Shown: one piece after another, positions 31,560-43,100 of the stretch
Layout: each line of letters starts with the position of its first letter
Position numbering within the stretch: position 1 is the stretch's first letter
From: an uncultured delta proteobacterium
GTDB lineage: Bacteria > Myxococcota > Myxococcia > Myxococcales > Anaeromyxobacteraceae
Direction of reading: 5' to 3'
Assembly (NCBI GenBank): GCA_963828255.1
Contig: CAWHDZ010000031.1
Location: forward strand, 64,001 to 128,000
Length of the DNA: 64,000 nucleotides
Position numbers and translations under genes: made by a program
Notes under the pieces: generated by a model
The model's database searches: none
What the model saw: only the letters and a program-made list of their open reading frames with translations
What the model was told of the DNA's origin: nothing

Positions 31560-32507
31560 GTGGCGAATCCACAGAGAAAGCGCCTCGGCGAGATCCTGCT
31601 CGAAGCCGGGACCATCGACGGCACGCAGCTCCAGGCGGCCCTCGGCCACCAGCGCCGGTGGGGTGGAAGGCTCGGCCAGGCGCTCATCGACCTCAAGATG
31701 GCCAGCGAGGAGCAGATCGTCTCCACGCTGGCCGCCAAGATGGGGTTCGAGCGGGCCCCGGTCGAGTCGATCGAGTTCGGCCCCGGGCTCGAGCTGGCGC
31801 TGCGCCTCGTGCCCCACGAGTTCGCCGAGCGCAACCAGCTCCTCCCCTTCGCAGCCGACGCGGCGAGCCTGTGGGTCGCCATGGCCGACCCCACCAACAT
31901 GGGGGTCATCGACGAGCTGGCCTTCCGCACCGGCCGCAACGTCAAGCTCTCCATCGCCGGCGACCGCGAGATCGCGCGCGCCATCCGCCGCCTCTACCTG
32001 GGCGACAAGAGGGGCGTGGAGGCCATCGCGCTCGACGAGCTGGACGACGGACCGGTGGAGATGGTCGGGCCGCTCGACCCGGGGTACACGCAGGGTCTAG
32101 ACGACTACTTCACCCGGAGGCCTGCACCCGGGGCGCTCCCCGCCATGCCTCCCCGTCCCGAGCCCCCCGCCACCGGCCCGGAGGCGCGCCTCGCCGCCGC
32201 GGTCCGCGGGCTGCGGGGCGAGGAGGAGATCCCGCCGCCGGTCCGCACCGCGCTGCCCGCTGATCCCCCGGAGCTCATCGTCGAGGTGACGCCCGAGGAC
32301 GAAGGCGACGGCGATTTCGCGCCGCGGGTCGAGGCCATCCTCGACGGACTGGAGCGCATCGGCAACGACACCACCACGCCGGAGCTGGCCCGCCTGTCCC
32401 GCTTCTCCGCGGCGCTGGTCCGGATCCTGGTGAAGAAGAGGCTGGTGACCGAGGACGAGCTCGCGAACGCCTTCATGAAGGCGGAGCGCCGCGCCAAGCA
32501 GCGATAG
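31560..32507 (+). CDS. GspE/PilB N-terminal (MshEN) domain protein without ATPase
   Basis: RLGEILLEAGTI..QLQAAL..Q and RLGQAL repeats; VAMADP; no Walker A motif. Confidence 0.85.
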   Translation: MANPQRKRLGEILLEAGTIDGTQLQAALGHQRRWGGRLGQALIDLKMASEEQIVSTLAAKMGFERAPVESIEFGPGLELALRLVPHEFAERNQLLPFAADAASLWVAMADPTNMGVIDELAFRTGRNVKLSIAGDREIARAIRRLYLGDKRGVEAIALDELDDGPVEMVGPLDPGYTQGLDDYFTRRPAPGALPAMPPRPEPPATGPEARLAAAVRGLRGEEEIPPPVRTALPADPPELIVEVTPEDEGDGDFAPRVEAILDGLERIGNDTTTPELARLSRFSAALVRILVKKRLVTEDELANAFMKAERRAKQR

Positions 32508-32567
32508 GGCGTCTCTCGCAGGCGGGAATGCTTCGCCGCAGTAGGCTGCGGGGTTGTGGGATGCGCT

Positions 32568-32951
32568 TTAGTTGAGCGCGGCCGGCACGGCCAGCGCGAA
32601 GGGCGCGATCTCCGCCTCGAAGGTGTTCCCGTCCTCGCGCGCCATCGTGTAGGTCCCGCGCATCTGGCCGAGCGGCGTGCGCAGGATGCAGAAGCTCGTG
32701 TACTGGAAGGACTGGCCGGGCGCGAGGTCCGGCTGCTGGCCGACCACGCCGTCGCCACGCACCTCCTCCCGTTCGCCGCGGGCGTCGGTGATGATCCAGT
32801 GTCGGGAGACGAGTCGGGCGCTCGACGGGCCGCCGTTCAGGATGCGGACGGTGTAGGTGAAGAGGAAGCGCGACTGGGCCGGGAAGGACCGGTCGGGCCG
32901 GAACTCGCTCTGCACGGAGACCTCGATGCCGTCGGTGGTTGCGCGGGACAC
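32568..32951 (-). CDS. apaG: ApaG protein
   Basis: SRHWIITD, VRGDGVVGQQP, FQYTS, G.M.G.Y.M. Confidence 0.95.
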   Translation of the reverse strand: MSRATTDGIEVSVQSEFRPDRSFPAQSRFLFTYTVRILNGGPSSARLVSRHWIITDARGEREEVRGDGVVGQQPDLAPGQSFQYTSFCILRTPLGQMRGTYTMAREDGNTFEAEIAPFALAVPAALN

Positions 32952-32996
32952 GGGAGAGGGTTAACCGCCGGAGGGGGCGCGTGCCACAATGGCCGG

Positions 32997-33821
32997 ATGG
33001 CACTCGAGCCCCGTCTGCGGGAGATCCTGGACGAGGTGCGGGGCTCCGGAGGGCGCGTGGTGGCGCTCACCGGCGCCGGCATCTCCGCCGAGAGCGGCAT
33101 CCCCACCTTCCGCGGCAAGGAAGGGTACTGGGTGGTCGGTTCCCGGAACCACATGCCGCAGGAGATGGCCACCCACGCCATGTTCCTGATGGAGCCCGGG
33201 GAGGTGTGGCGCTGGTACCTCTACCGGTTCGGGGTGGTCCGCCACGCCGCTCCCAACGCCGGCCACGAGGCGCTGGTCCGTCTCGAGCGCGCGCTGGGCG
33301 ACCGCTTCACGCTGGTCACCCAGAACATCGACGGCCTGCACCGGCGCGCCGGGGCCTCGGAGTCGCGGACCTACTGCATCCACGGCGACGCGGCCTGGGT
33401 GCGCTGCAGCAACGACTGCGGCGTGGGGCTGCTCCCGCTCCCCGACCTGGGACCGCGCGACGCCGGGACCCCGCTCTCCGCCGGGGACCGCGCCCGGCTC
33501 ACCTGCGCCCGGTGCAGGGGCTGGCTCCGCCCCCACGTCCTCTGGTTCGACGAGTGCTACGACGAGGAGAACTACCGCTTCGAGTCCACGCTGCGGGCCG
33601 CCGCCGAGGCCGACCTGCTGCTCGTGGTGGGGACGAGCGGCGCCACCAACCTGCCCATGCGGGTGGGGCAGCTCTGCTTCTCCGGCGGTTCGGCGCTGGT
33701 GGACGTGAACCCCGAGGAGAACCCGTTCTCCGAGCTGGCGGAGCGCAGCGCACGCGGGTTCTTCGCCCGGGGCTCGGCCAGCGCCCGGCTGCCCGGGATC
33801 GTGGAAGCCCTGGCGGGTTAG
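32997..33821 (+). CDS. cobB: Sirtuin-family NAD-dependent deacylase
   Basis: GAGISAESGIPTFRG, QNIDGLH, HG, Zn-binding Cys pairs, RPHVLWFDE, GTS. Confidence 0.93.
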   Translation: MALEPRLREILDEVRGSGGRVVALTGAGISAESGIPTFRGKEGYWVVGSRNHMPQEMATHAMFLMEPGEVWRWYLYRFGVVRHAAPNAGHEALVRLERALGDRFTLVTQNIDGLHRRAGASESRTYCIHGDAAWVRCSNDCGVGLLPLPDLGPRDAGTPLSAGDRARLTCARCRGWLRPHVLWFDECYDEENYRFESTLRAAAEADLLLVVGTSGATNLPMRVGQLCFSGGSALVDVNPEENPFSELAERSARGFFARGSASARLPGIVEALAG

Positions 33822-33836
33822 GGTCCGCCCGGCCGG

Positions 33837-34361
33837 TCAGCGACGCAGCGCCTCGAGCCGGGCGATCCAGGCCGGCGAGAGCCCGCAGGCACGGGCGCCG
33901 CGGATCATCACGTCGAGGTAGGCCGGGGACGGGGGACCGTCCCCGGCGAGCCGGCGCGCCGCCGCCACCCGGAAGGCCAGCGCCGGGGCCGGGCCGCCGG
34001 CGGTCTCGAGGGTCACGGCCACGGCCTCGTAGAGCCCGGACACCGCACCCTCCTTGTGATCCACCAGGCCGCGGGCCTCCCCGGGCATGGGCGCCGCGAG
34101 CCCCTCCACCTCGTCCGCCGGCGCCTCGGTGAGGCTCGCCACCGGGCCGCCCCACATCCGGCTGGGGGCGTCGAAGGTGAGGCGCCAGCCGGGGAGCCGC
34201 GCCGGCCGGGCCGCCGAGAAGTCGGGGACGCGGTAGCCGTGGTCGCGCGCCCAGCCGGCGAAGGCCTCGGCGTCGAGCGAGGAGCCGTAGACGAACCACG
34301 TGAATCCGGGGCCTGCCCCGGCCTGGTGGGCCCGGCCGACGACGTTCAGGGGATTGGACAT
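33837..34361 (-). CDS. Gamma-glutamylcyclotransferase family protein
   Basis: WFVYGSSL, WRLTF, VEG, D.KEG, PSPAYL..GA. Confidence 0.85.
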   Translation of the reverse strand: MSNPLNVVGRAHQAGAGPGFTWFVYGSSLDAEAFAGWARDHGYRVPDFSAARPARLPGWRLTFDAPSRMWGGPVASLTEAPADEVEGLAAPMPGEARGLVDHKEGAVSGLYEAVAVTLETAGGPAPALAFRVAAARRLAGDGPPSPAYLDVMIRGARACGLSPAWIARLEALRR

Positions 34362-34386
34362 GCGGGCTCCGGCGCCGCGGCGGCGC

Positions 34387-35586
<1,200 letters not shown>

Positions 35587-35664
35587 GGAGGAGAGCTAAC
35601 CGGGAAGACCCCCCTCCGCCACGTGGGGCATGGCGGAAGGGGGCAGCGGCCGGGGGGAGCCGCT

Positions 35665-36075
35665 TCAGTCGTCGTGGCCGCGGCCCCAGCCGTTCCCGTA
35701 GCCATGCCCGCGCCCGTTCCCGTCGCGGCGGGCCCAGGCGACGGGGCCGCGGGGGGCGTACCGGGCGTCCAGCCCGGCCCGGTAGGCGCCGTACCAGGCG
35801 TCGTAGCGGGCCACCCGCCAGGGGTTCCAGCCCCAGCGGGCCAGGTAGGCGGCGCGGTTCGCGTCGAGCCACCGGTAGTGCACGGCGGGTGAGGGTCCGC
35901 CCCATGCCCTGGGCGGGGGCAGCACGGCGGCCACCCAGGGCGGCGGGAGCGGCGGGAGCGCCACCGAGACCGCGAAGCCCGGGGCAGGAGCGCGGTCGTG
36001 GGCGGAGGCGGGACGGGGAGCGGCGGCGGCGAGGGCGACGAGGACGGCGGCGAAGGCGACGGGACGGTGGCTCAT
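35665..36075 (-). CDS. Exported hypothetical protein
   Basis: GGAGG RBS; signal peptide; Pro-rich segment then aromatic/Arg-rich region. Confidence 0.65.
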   Translation of the reverse strand: MSHRPVAFAAVLVALAAAAPRPASAHDRAPAPGFAVSVALPPLPPPWVAAVLPPPRAWGGPSPAVHYRWLDANRAAYLARWGWNPWRVARYDAWYGAYRAGLDARYAPRGPVAWARRDGNGRGHGYGNGWGRGHDD

Positions 36076-36141
36076 GGATTCCTCCGGTCTGGTCTCTGGA
36101 GGAAGGACGGGGCGGGGAGCCCCGGAATTCACGGTGGGTCG

Positions 36142-36477
36142 TCAGGAGGGCAACGGCCCCGGGATCCGGTCGATCTTCGCCGCCAGGATGAAGTCGTTCT
36201 CGGTGAGCCCGCCCACGGCGTGGGTCCAGATCTCCACGTCCACCGTGGAATAGTGGACCGAGAAGTCGGGGTGGTGTCCCTCCGCCTCGGCGACGTCGGC
36301 CACCGCGTTCAGGAAGGCCATGGCGGCGCGGAAATCGCGGAACCGCAGCTGCTTGCGGATGCGGTCGCCGGCCAGGCCCCAGCCCTGCACGGAGGCGAGG
36401 AGCGTCTCGAGCGCGGCGCCCTCCACGCGCGGGACGCCGCCCTCGCAGGGGACGCACTTCTTCCGGGAGAGGTCCAT
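36142..36477 (-). CDS. phhB: Pterin-4-alpha-carbinolamine dehydratase
   Basis: KCVPCEGG, AEAEGHHPD, WTHAVGGLTENDFILAAKID. Confidence 0.93.
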   Translation of the reverse strand: MDLSRKKCVPCEGGVPRVEGAALETLLASVQGWGLAGDRIRKQLRFRDFRAAMAFLNAVADVAEAEGHHPDFSVHYSTVDVEIWTHAVGGLTENDFILAAKIDRIPGPLPS

Positions 36478-36538
36478 GGCGAACCGATAACCCGGGGCGC
36501 GGCGCTGCGCCGCCCCGCCCGCTAGATCCCCGACCACC

Positions 36539-36907
36539 ATGGAAAGAACCTTTTTCGCGCTGGGAGCGATCTCGGCCTGCATCGCGGTGGGGACCGGCGC
36601 CTTCGGGGCCCACGGGCTGAAGACGCGGGTCACGCCGGAGATGGTCGCGGTCTTCGACACCGGCGCGCGCTACCAGATGTACCACGCGCTGGCGCTCATC
36701 GCGGCCGCATGGGCCGCCGCGCGCTGGCCCGGACCGGCAGTCACATGGGCCGGATGGCTCTTCGTGGCCGGCACGGTGATCTTCTCGGGGAGCCTCTACG
36801 CGCTCGTGCTCACCGGGGTGAAGGGGCTGGGGGCGGTCACGCCGGTGGGCGGGTTGCTCTTCCTGGCCGGCTGGCTCGCGCTGGCCTGGGGCGCGCTGCG
36901 CGCCTGA
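36539..36907 (+). CDS. DUF423 (YgdD/TMEM256) membrane protein
   Basis: GAFGAHGL, YQMYHALA, FSGSLY, TPVGG. Confidence 0.93.
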   Translation: MERTFFALGAISACIAVGTGAFGAHGLKTRVTPEMVAVFDTGARYQMYHALALIAAAWAAARWPGPAVTWAGWLFVAGTVIFSGSLYALVLTGVKGLGAVTPVGGLLFLAGWLALAWGALRA

Positions 36908-36922
36908 GGCGGGCCGGGGCGG

Positions 36923-37246
36923 CTAGCCTCGCTCGATGGGCAACCCGGCGTCGGCCCACGCCACCACGCCGCCGTCGAGGCTGTAGGCCTTCTCGCACCC
37001 GCGCTGCGACGCCGCGGCGGCCGCGGTGAGGCTGCGGATGCCGTGGGCGCAGACGAAGATGGCCCGCTCTCGCCCGCTGCGCAGCCCGCGCTGCGGGTCG
37101 CGCAGGAGCGATCCCAGCGGCAGGTGTCGCGCGCCCGGGATGTGGCCCGAGTCCCATTCGTGCGGCTCCCGCACGTCCACCAGGTCCACGTCGTCGTGCG
37201 CGAGGAGGTGGACCGCCTCCTCGGGGGTGATGCGGTGTACCGGCAT
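36923..37246 (-). CDS. Rhodanese-like domain protein
   Basis: VDVREPHEW..GHIPGA, CAHGIRS, LDGG..AW. Confidence 0.92.
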   Translation of the reverse strand: MPVHRITPEEAVHLLAHDDVDLVDVREPHEWDSGHIPGARHLPLGSLLRDPQRGLRSGRERAIFVCAHGIRSLTAAAAASQRGCEKAYSLDGGVVAWADAGLPIERG

Positions 37247-37330
37247 GTGGGTGGATGCATAATCGGCCCCGCGCGCCTCCTCCCGCGAATCTGCGTGGGA
37301 CGTCCTTCCGGGCTAGACTGTGCCCCGCCC

Positions 37331-38716
37331 ATGAGCCGACCGCCGCAGGACCGCTTCCCACCGCAGATCCGGTACCTGGCCTGGAACGAGGGATGCGAGC
37401 GCTTCTCGTTCTACGGGATGACCTCGATCCTCACCATCTACATGGTGCAGTTCCTGGGAGTCCGCGAACCGGACGCCGAGGCCAACTACCACTTCTTCGT
37501 CTTCGCCGTGTACCTGACCCCGCTCGTGGGGGCCTGGATCGCCGACCGCTTCCTGGGGCGCTACCGGGTCATCCTCTGGCTGTCGCTGGGCTACGTCTTC
37601 GGCCACGCCGCCATCGCCATCTGGGACTCGCCGGCCGGGCTCGTGCTCGGCCTCGCGCTCATCGCCATCGGCGCCGGCGGGATCAAGCCCACCGCGGCGG
37701 CCTACGTGGGCGACCAGTTCGACGCCCGGAGCCAGCACCTGCTCGAGAAGGTCTACGACCTCTACTACTGGATGATCAACCTGGGGTCGTTCACCGCGAT
37801 GCTGGTCATCCCCGAGCTGCTGGCCCGCTTCGGCCCCTGGGTGGCCTTCTCGGTCCCGGGCGTGCTCATGGCCTTCGCGCTCGTCATCTTCTGGCGCGGC
37901 CGCAGGCTGTACGTGAACGTCCCGCCCACCGGCCCCAACCCGAACGGCTTCTTCCGGGTGGTGAGGCTGGCCCTCCAGAAGCTCGGGACCACGCGCCCCG
38001 GCGAGCACTGGCTCGACCCCGCCCGCGCCCAGTTCCCCGCCGAGGCGGTGGACGGGGCCAAGGCGGTCTTCCGCATCGTGGGGGTCTTCGCCCCCATCGC
38101 CGCCTTCTGGGCCCTCTTCTTCCAGTACGGGTCGTCCTGGGTGCTCCAGGCCGAGCGCATGAACCGGGAGGTCCTCGGCTACACCGTGAAGGCCTCGCAG
38201 ATGGGCTCGCTGAACGCCATCTTCGTGCTCACCACCATCCCCGTCTTCGCCGGCCTGGTCTACCCGGCCCTCCAGCGACGGGGAGTGAAGACGCTGGCGC
38301 TCCAGAAGATGCAGATCGGGATGTTCGTCACCGTGCTCTCGTTCCTGTGGATCATGGGGGTGCAGCTGGCGCTCGACGCGGGGCTGCGGCCCCACGTGGC
38401 CTGGCAGGTCCCCGCCTACCTGTTCCTCTCCATCGGCGAGGTGCTGGTGTCGGTGACCGCGCTGGAGTTCGCCTACACCCAGGCGCCCCCGTCGATGAAG
38501 AGCGTGATCATGAGCCTCTGGTACGTGACCATCGCCGCGGGGAGCCTCCTCACCGCCGGGGTGGCCAAGCTGAACCGCTTCCACGGGGTCTGGTACTTCG
38601 CCTTCTTCGCGGTGCTCATGCTCCTCGGCGCCATGGCCTTCGCCTGGGTGGCGCGGCGCTACCAGCCCACCTCGTTCGCGGTCGCCCCCGGCCCGGCGCC
38701 CGAGGGCTCGCCGTGA
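37331..38716 (+). CDS. POT/PTR proton-coupled oligopeptide transporter (copy 1)
   Basis: EGCERFSFYG (ExxERF), GAGGIKP, YYWMINLG, LEFAYTQAP. Confidence 0.93.
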   Translation: MSRPPQDRFPPQIRYLAWNEGCERFSFYGMTSILTIYMVQFLGVREPDAEANYHFFVFAVYLTPLVGAWIADRFLGRYRVILWLSLGYVFGHAAIAIWDSPAGLVLGLALIAIGAGGIKPTAAAYVGDQFDARSQHLLEKVYDLYYWMINLGSFTAMLVIPELLARFGPWVAFSVPGVLMAFALVIFWRGRRLYVNVPPTGPNPNGFFRVVRLALQKLGTTRPGEHWLDPARAQFPAEAVDGAKAVFRIVGVFAPIAAFWALFFQYGSSWVLQAERMNREVLGYTVKASQMGSLNAIFVLTTIPVFAGLVYPALQRRGVKTLALQKMQIGMFVTVLSFLWIMGVQLALDAGLRPHVAWQVPAYLFLSIGEVLVSVTALEFAYTQAPPSMKSVIMSLWYVTIAAGSLLTAGVAKLNRFHGVWYFAFFAVLMLLGAMAFAWVARRYQPTSFAVAPGPAPEGSP

Positions 38717-40113
38717 GCGCTGCGGCCGCACCGGCCGCGCGCGACCGGTTCCCGCCGCAGGTCCGCTGGATCATGGCCTCCGAGGGGGCCGAGCGCTTCT
38801 CGTTCTACGGGATGCGCAACGTCCTCGTCATCTACATGGTCCAGTTCCTGCTGGTCTCGGCCGCCGATGCCAAGGCCAGCTACCACTACTTCGTGATGGC
38901 GAACTACCTCATGCCGCTCGTGGGCGGGTGGCTCGCCGACCGCTTTCTCGGGCGCTACCGGGTCATCCTCTTCCTCTCCTTCGGTTACGTGATCGGGCAC
39001 GCGGTGGTGGCCGCGGTGGAGACGCGGATGGGGCTCCTCGCCGGCTGCGCCCTCATCGCCATCGGGGCGGGCGGCATCAAGCCCTGCGTATCGGCCTACG
39101 TGGGCGACCAGTTCGCCGCCGACCAGAAGCACCTGCTCGCCAAGGTCTACGGCCTTTTCTACTGGATGGTGAACCTGGGGAGCGTGACGGCGTCGCTGCT
39201 CATCCCCTGGCTCCTCAAGGCGTACGGTCCCGCCGTCGCATTCGGCGTGCCCGGAGTGCTCATGGCGCTGGCGCTCGTCTTCTTCGTGGCCGGGAGGCGC
39301 CAGTACGTGAACGTGCCCCCCACCGGCCCCAATCCGCACTCGTTCGTGAAGGTCGTGGCCACCGCCCTGGCCCGCCGCGGCGCGCGCGCGCCCGGTGACG
39401 ACTGGCTGGAGCCCGCGCGGGCGGTGCACCCGGCCGAGGCGGTGGACGGGGCCCGCGCCGTGGTCCGCATCTCCGGGGTCTTCGTGATGGTGGCCGGCTT
39501 CTGGGCGCTCTTCGACCAGAAGGGGGCGGCCTTCATCCTGCAGGCGAAGCAGATGAACCTCGACGTGGGGACCTTCGACCTCCTGGGGATGAGGCTGGGC
39601 GGGTTCCGGCTGGCCGAGTCGCAGATGAACGCGGTGAACCCGTTCCTGGTGCTGATGATCATCCCGCTCTTCCAGGGAGTGGTCTACCCAGGGCTCGTTC
39701 GACTGGGCGTGAAGGTGACGCCGCTCGGCCGGATGAGCGTGGGGATGTTCCTCACCATGCTCTCCTTCGTCATCATGGCCGGCATCCAGGCCGTCATCGA
39801 CGGCGGGGCCCGGCCCCACGTCTTCTGGCAGGTCATCCCCATCCTGGTCATCACCATGGGCGAGGTCATGGTGTCGGTCACCGGCCTCGAGTTCGCCTTC
39901 ACCCAGGCCCCGAAGACCATGAAGAGCACGGTGATGAGCTTCTGGCTGCTCACCTCCGCGGTGGGGAACTTCATCGCCGCCGTGGTCTCCCAGTGGAACC
40001 GATTCCACGGCGCCGCCTACTTCCTCTTCTTCGCGGCGCTCATGCTGGTCGCGTCGGTGGCGTTCGTGATCCTGGCCAGGCGCTACCGGCCCGTCCAGTC
40101 CGTGTCCGGGTAG
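38713..40113 (+). CDS. POT/PTR proton-coupled oligopeptide transporter (copy 2)
   Basis: EGAERFSFYG, GAGGIKPC, FYWMVNLG, LEFAFTQAP; GTG start overlaps the copy 1 stop. Confidence 0.93.
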   Translation: MSAAAAPAARDRFPPQVRWIMASEGAERFSFYGMRNVLVIYMVQFLLVSAADAKASYHYFVMANYLMPLVGGWLADRFLGRYRVILFLSFGYVIGHAVVAAVETRMGLLAGCALIAIGAGGIKPCVSAYVGDQFAADQKHLLAKVYGLFYWMVNLGSVTASLLIPWLLKAYGPAVAFGVPGVLMALALVFFVAGRRQYVNVPPTGPNPHSFVKVVATALARRGARAPGDDWLEPARAVHPAEAVDGARAVVRISGVFVMVAGFWALFDQKGAAFILQAKQMNLDVGTFDLLGMRLGGFRLAESQMNAVNPFLVLMIIPLFQGVVYPGLVRLGVKVTPLGRMSVGMFLTMLSFVIMAGIQAVIDGGARPHVFWQVIPILVITMGEVMVSVTGLEFAFTQAPKTMKSTVMSFWLLTSAVGNFIAAVVSQWNRFHGAAYFLFFAALMLVASVAFVILARRYRPVQSVSG

Positions 40114-40132
40114 CGCGGCCGCCATCCCCACG

Positions 40133-43100
40133 TCACCCGCCGTGAATGGCGGGGGCTGCCTCCACCGGCACCGGGATCCCGTCCACGTACGCCACCCGCG
40201 CGCCGAGCGTGGCCGGCACCCTCGCCCCCGGCAGGATCCCGCCCACCAGGTTGAGCGGGTCGGCCCCGGAGAGCTCCACCCGCTCGCCGCCACCGGGCGT
40301 GCGCCGCACCGCGCGCAGCGACTCGACCGCCGCGGGCAGCGCGTACTGCTCCCCCGAGAGCCCGGCCACGAAGCGCCCGCCGCGGATCTCACCGCGCGCC
40401 TCCAGCGCCCGGTAGACGGGGAGGAGCTCCCGCCACGGCGGAGCCAGCGGTTCGCGCCCGAGGAGGTCGCGGAAGACCACGCCCCACCGGGCCAGGAGCT
40501 GACGGGCCACCGGCTCGAGATGGGACGGCTCCGTTGCGCCCTCGGGGCGCGGGGGGCGCAGGAGCGCCCATCGGCCGCCGCCCTGTCCCGGGCGCCGGGG
40601 CCGGTGGCGCGGCGGAGGGTCGAGGAGCCCGCGCAGGCCGGCGAAGCCGTCGCAGGTGACGAGCCCGGCGGAGACCAGTTCCCAGAGCGCGCCCTCCGCC
40701 TCGCCGGGAAGCCTCCCGGTCATGGCGGCGATGTCGGGGAGGAAGCAGGCCCCGCATCGCGCCAGAAGATCTACGAGCGCGCGTGCCGAGGCGCCGAGCG
40801 GCGGCGGATCGCCCTTCGCCGCCGAGAGGAGCCAGGGAAGGTCGGCGCGCAGCGCCAGCGTCACCGGAGCGTGGCGGGTGGGCGCGGCCCGTCGGCGCAC
40901 CTTCTCCTCCGGATCGGCGGTGACGGCGAGCCTTCCCCAGGCCACCTCCCCGGAGAGGCAGAGCGCGTCGAGGAGCCCCGGCTCGTAGCCGGCCACGCGC
41001 GAAGGCAGGATCTGCCGCTCCCAGGCCCCGGCCGCGGCGTGGAATCCCTGCAGCTGCCCCACCACGTCGGCGAGCCCGCGCGCGCCGTGGAGCCGCACCC
41101 CCGGCGCGGCATGCTGCCAGCGGAGCAGGAAGCGCACCAGGTCGGCGCCGGAGACCGGCTCGATCTCGCGCCGCAGCCGGCCCAGCGTGAGCCGGTGGAT
41201 GCGGGCGAGCAGGCCCCGGTCGCACCAGTCTTCGCCAGGCTCGCCGCCGGGGAGGAAGGAGCCGCGGAGCACGACTCCCTCCGACTCGAGCCGGTGGAGC
41301 GCCGCGACGACCAGCGGCTTGGGCAGGCCGAGCCTCCCCGCCAGCGCCGGAGCGGTGACCGGCCCGGCCCGCGCCAGGAAGCCGCGCAGCGCCCGCGCCG
41401 CCGCCTCGTCGGGGGAGGCGGGGACGTCCTCGCCGGCGAGCCCCGCGAGCGGAGGGTCGAGCGGCGAGGCGTCGATGCCCGGCTCGGCGCGGAGCACCCG
41501 CCAGGCCTGGGCCCGCTCGGCCGCCACCCAGGCTTCCCTTCCCCCGATCCGGGCGCGCGCGGCGCGGCCGGACGCCGCGAGCGCGTCGAGGAATCCCCGC
41601 CAGGGCTCCCCCTCCGCCGCCGGCAGGAAGCCCACGTCGAGGAGCAGGTCGTGCAGCTCGTCGGCGTCGCGCGGCTCGGGTCGCGCCTGATCGATCACCT
41701 CGCGGATCGCCTCCGGGTCGAGCGCGCCCATCCCCGTCGCCTCGGTGGCGGGCAGCGAGCGGCGCAGCACCACCGCGCGGGCCCTCCGCTCCTCGAGGGG
41801 CGCGTCGTCGAGGAAGGCCCAGGGCTTCGCCCCCAGGATCTCATGGGCGAACGGCGAGGGTTCGGCGAGGTCGCGGGCCACGAGACGGACCTCTCCCGCC
41901 TCGATCCTCCGCAGCAGGCGCTCGAGCCCCGGCGCGTCCATGGCCTCGGTCAGGCAGTCGCGGAGCGCCTCGGCCACGAGCGGGTGGTCGGGCGGCTCGA
42001 TCGGCCCCGCGTGCTGGTCGGCGTTGTCCTGGCAGGCCACCGCCATGGGGAAGACCGCGGCGAGCAGGTCGTCCGCGCGCATTCGGGCGATGGGGGGCGG
42101 CACCTTGCGCCCGCCCAGCACGCGGGGCAGCGCCAGCGCCCGGGTGGCGTCCCAGCGCCAGCGGATGGGGAACATGGGGGACTGGAGCGCGGCCTGGGTG
42201 AGCACCTCCACGACCCGCTCCGACGAGAGCATCTCGAAGATCGAGGCCAGCGGGAAGGAGTGCTGTGGCCCGAGCGAGAGCAGCACCCCGTCGTCGTTGG
42301 CGGCGGCCTGCAGCTCGAAGTCGAAGGCCCGGCAGAAGCGCTTGCGGAGCGCCAGCCCCAGCGCCCGGTTCTGCCGGGCGCCGAACGGCGCGTGCAGGAC
42401 GAGCTGCATCCCCCCTGCCTCGTCGAAGAAGCGCTCGGCGACCAGAGTCTCCTGGGTGGGGAGCACCGAGAGCACGCCGCGCCCGGCGGCGAGGTAGTCC
42501 ACCGCCTGCCGCGCGCCGGCCTCCGGCATCGCCCCCTCGGCCACGAGCCACGCGATGGCCCCGTCCCGGTCGGCGAGGCGCGGCTCGATCTCCGCCCGCA
42601 GCCGCGACACCTCCGCCGACAGGGCCCCGCTCCGACCCGGTGCCTCGCCGTTCCAGAAGGGGATGCCCGGGGCCGCGCCGCCCGCGTCCTCGACCCGGAC
42701 CACGCCGGACTCGATGCGCCGGATGCGCCAGGCGGTGTTGCCGAGCAGGAACACGTCGCCGGCCATGCTCTCGACGGCGTAGTCCTCGTCCAGCTGGCCG
42801 ACCACCACGCCCTCGGGCTCGGCGACCACCTGGTACTGGGCGTTGTCGGGGATGGCGCCGCCGCCGGTGAGCGCGGCGATCCGCGCCCCGCGCCGGCCGC
42901 GGACGACGTGGTTCACCTGGTCCCGGTGGAGGAGCGCGCCCGAGCGCCCCCGGCGCGTGGCCACCCCCTCCGAGAGCATCCCCACGATGGCGTCGAACTC
43001 GGCACGGGGAAGATCGCGGTACGGCCAGGCACGGCGAAACAGCGCGAAGAGGTCGTCCTCGCCGAGGGGGCGCGAGGCCGCCTCGGCCACGATCTGCTGC

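Noticed and set aside
32997..33821. Sir2 anti-phage defence gene
   Set aside because: Canonical CobB with Zn-binding cysteines in a housekeeping neighbourhood; no HerA, Argonaute or TIR partner.
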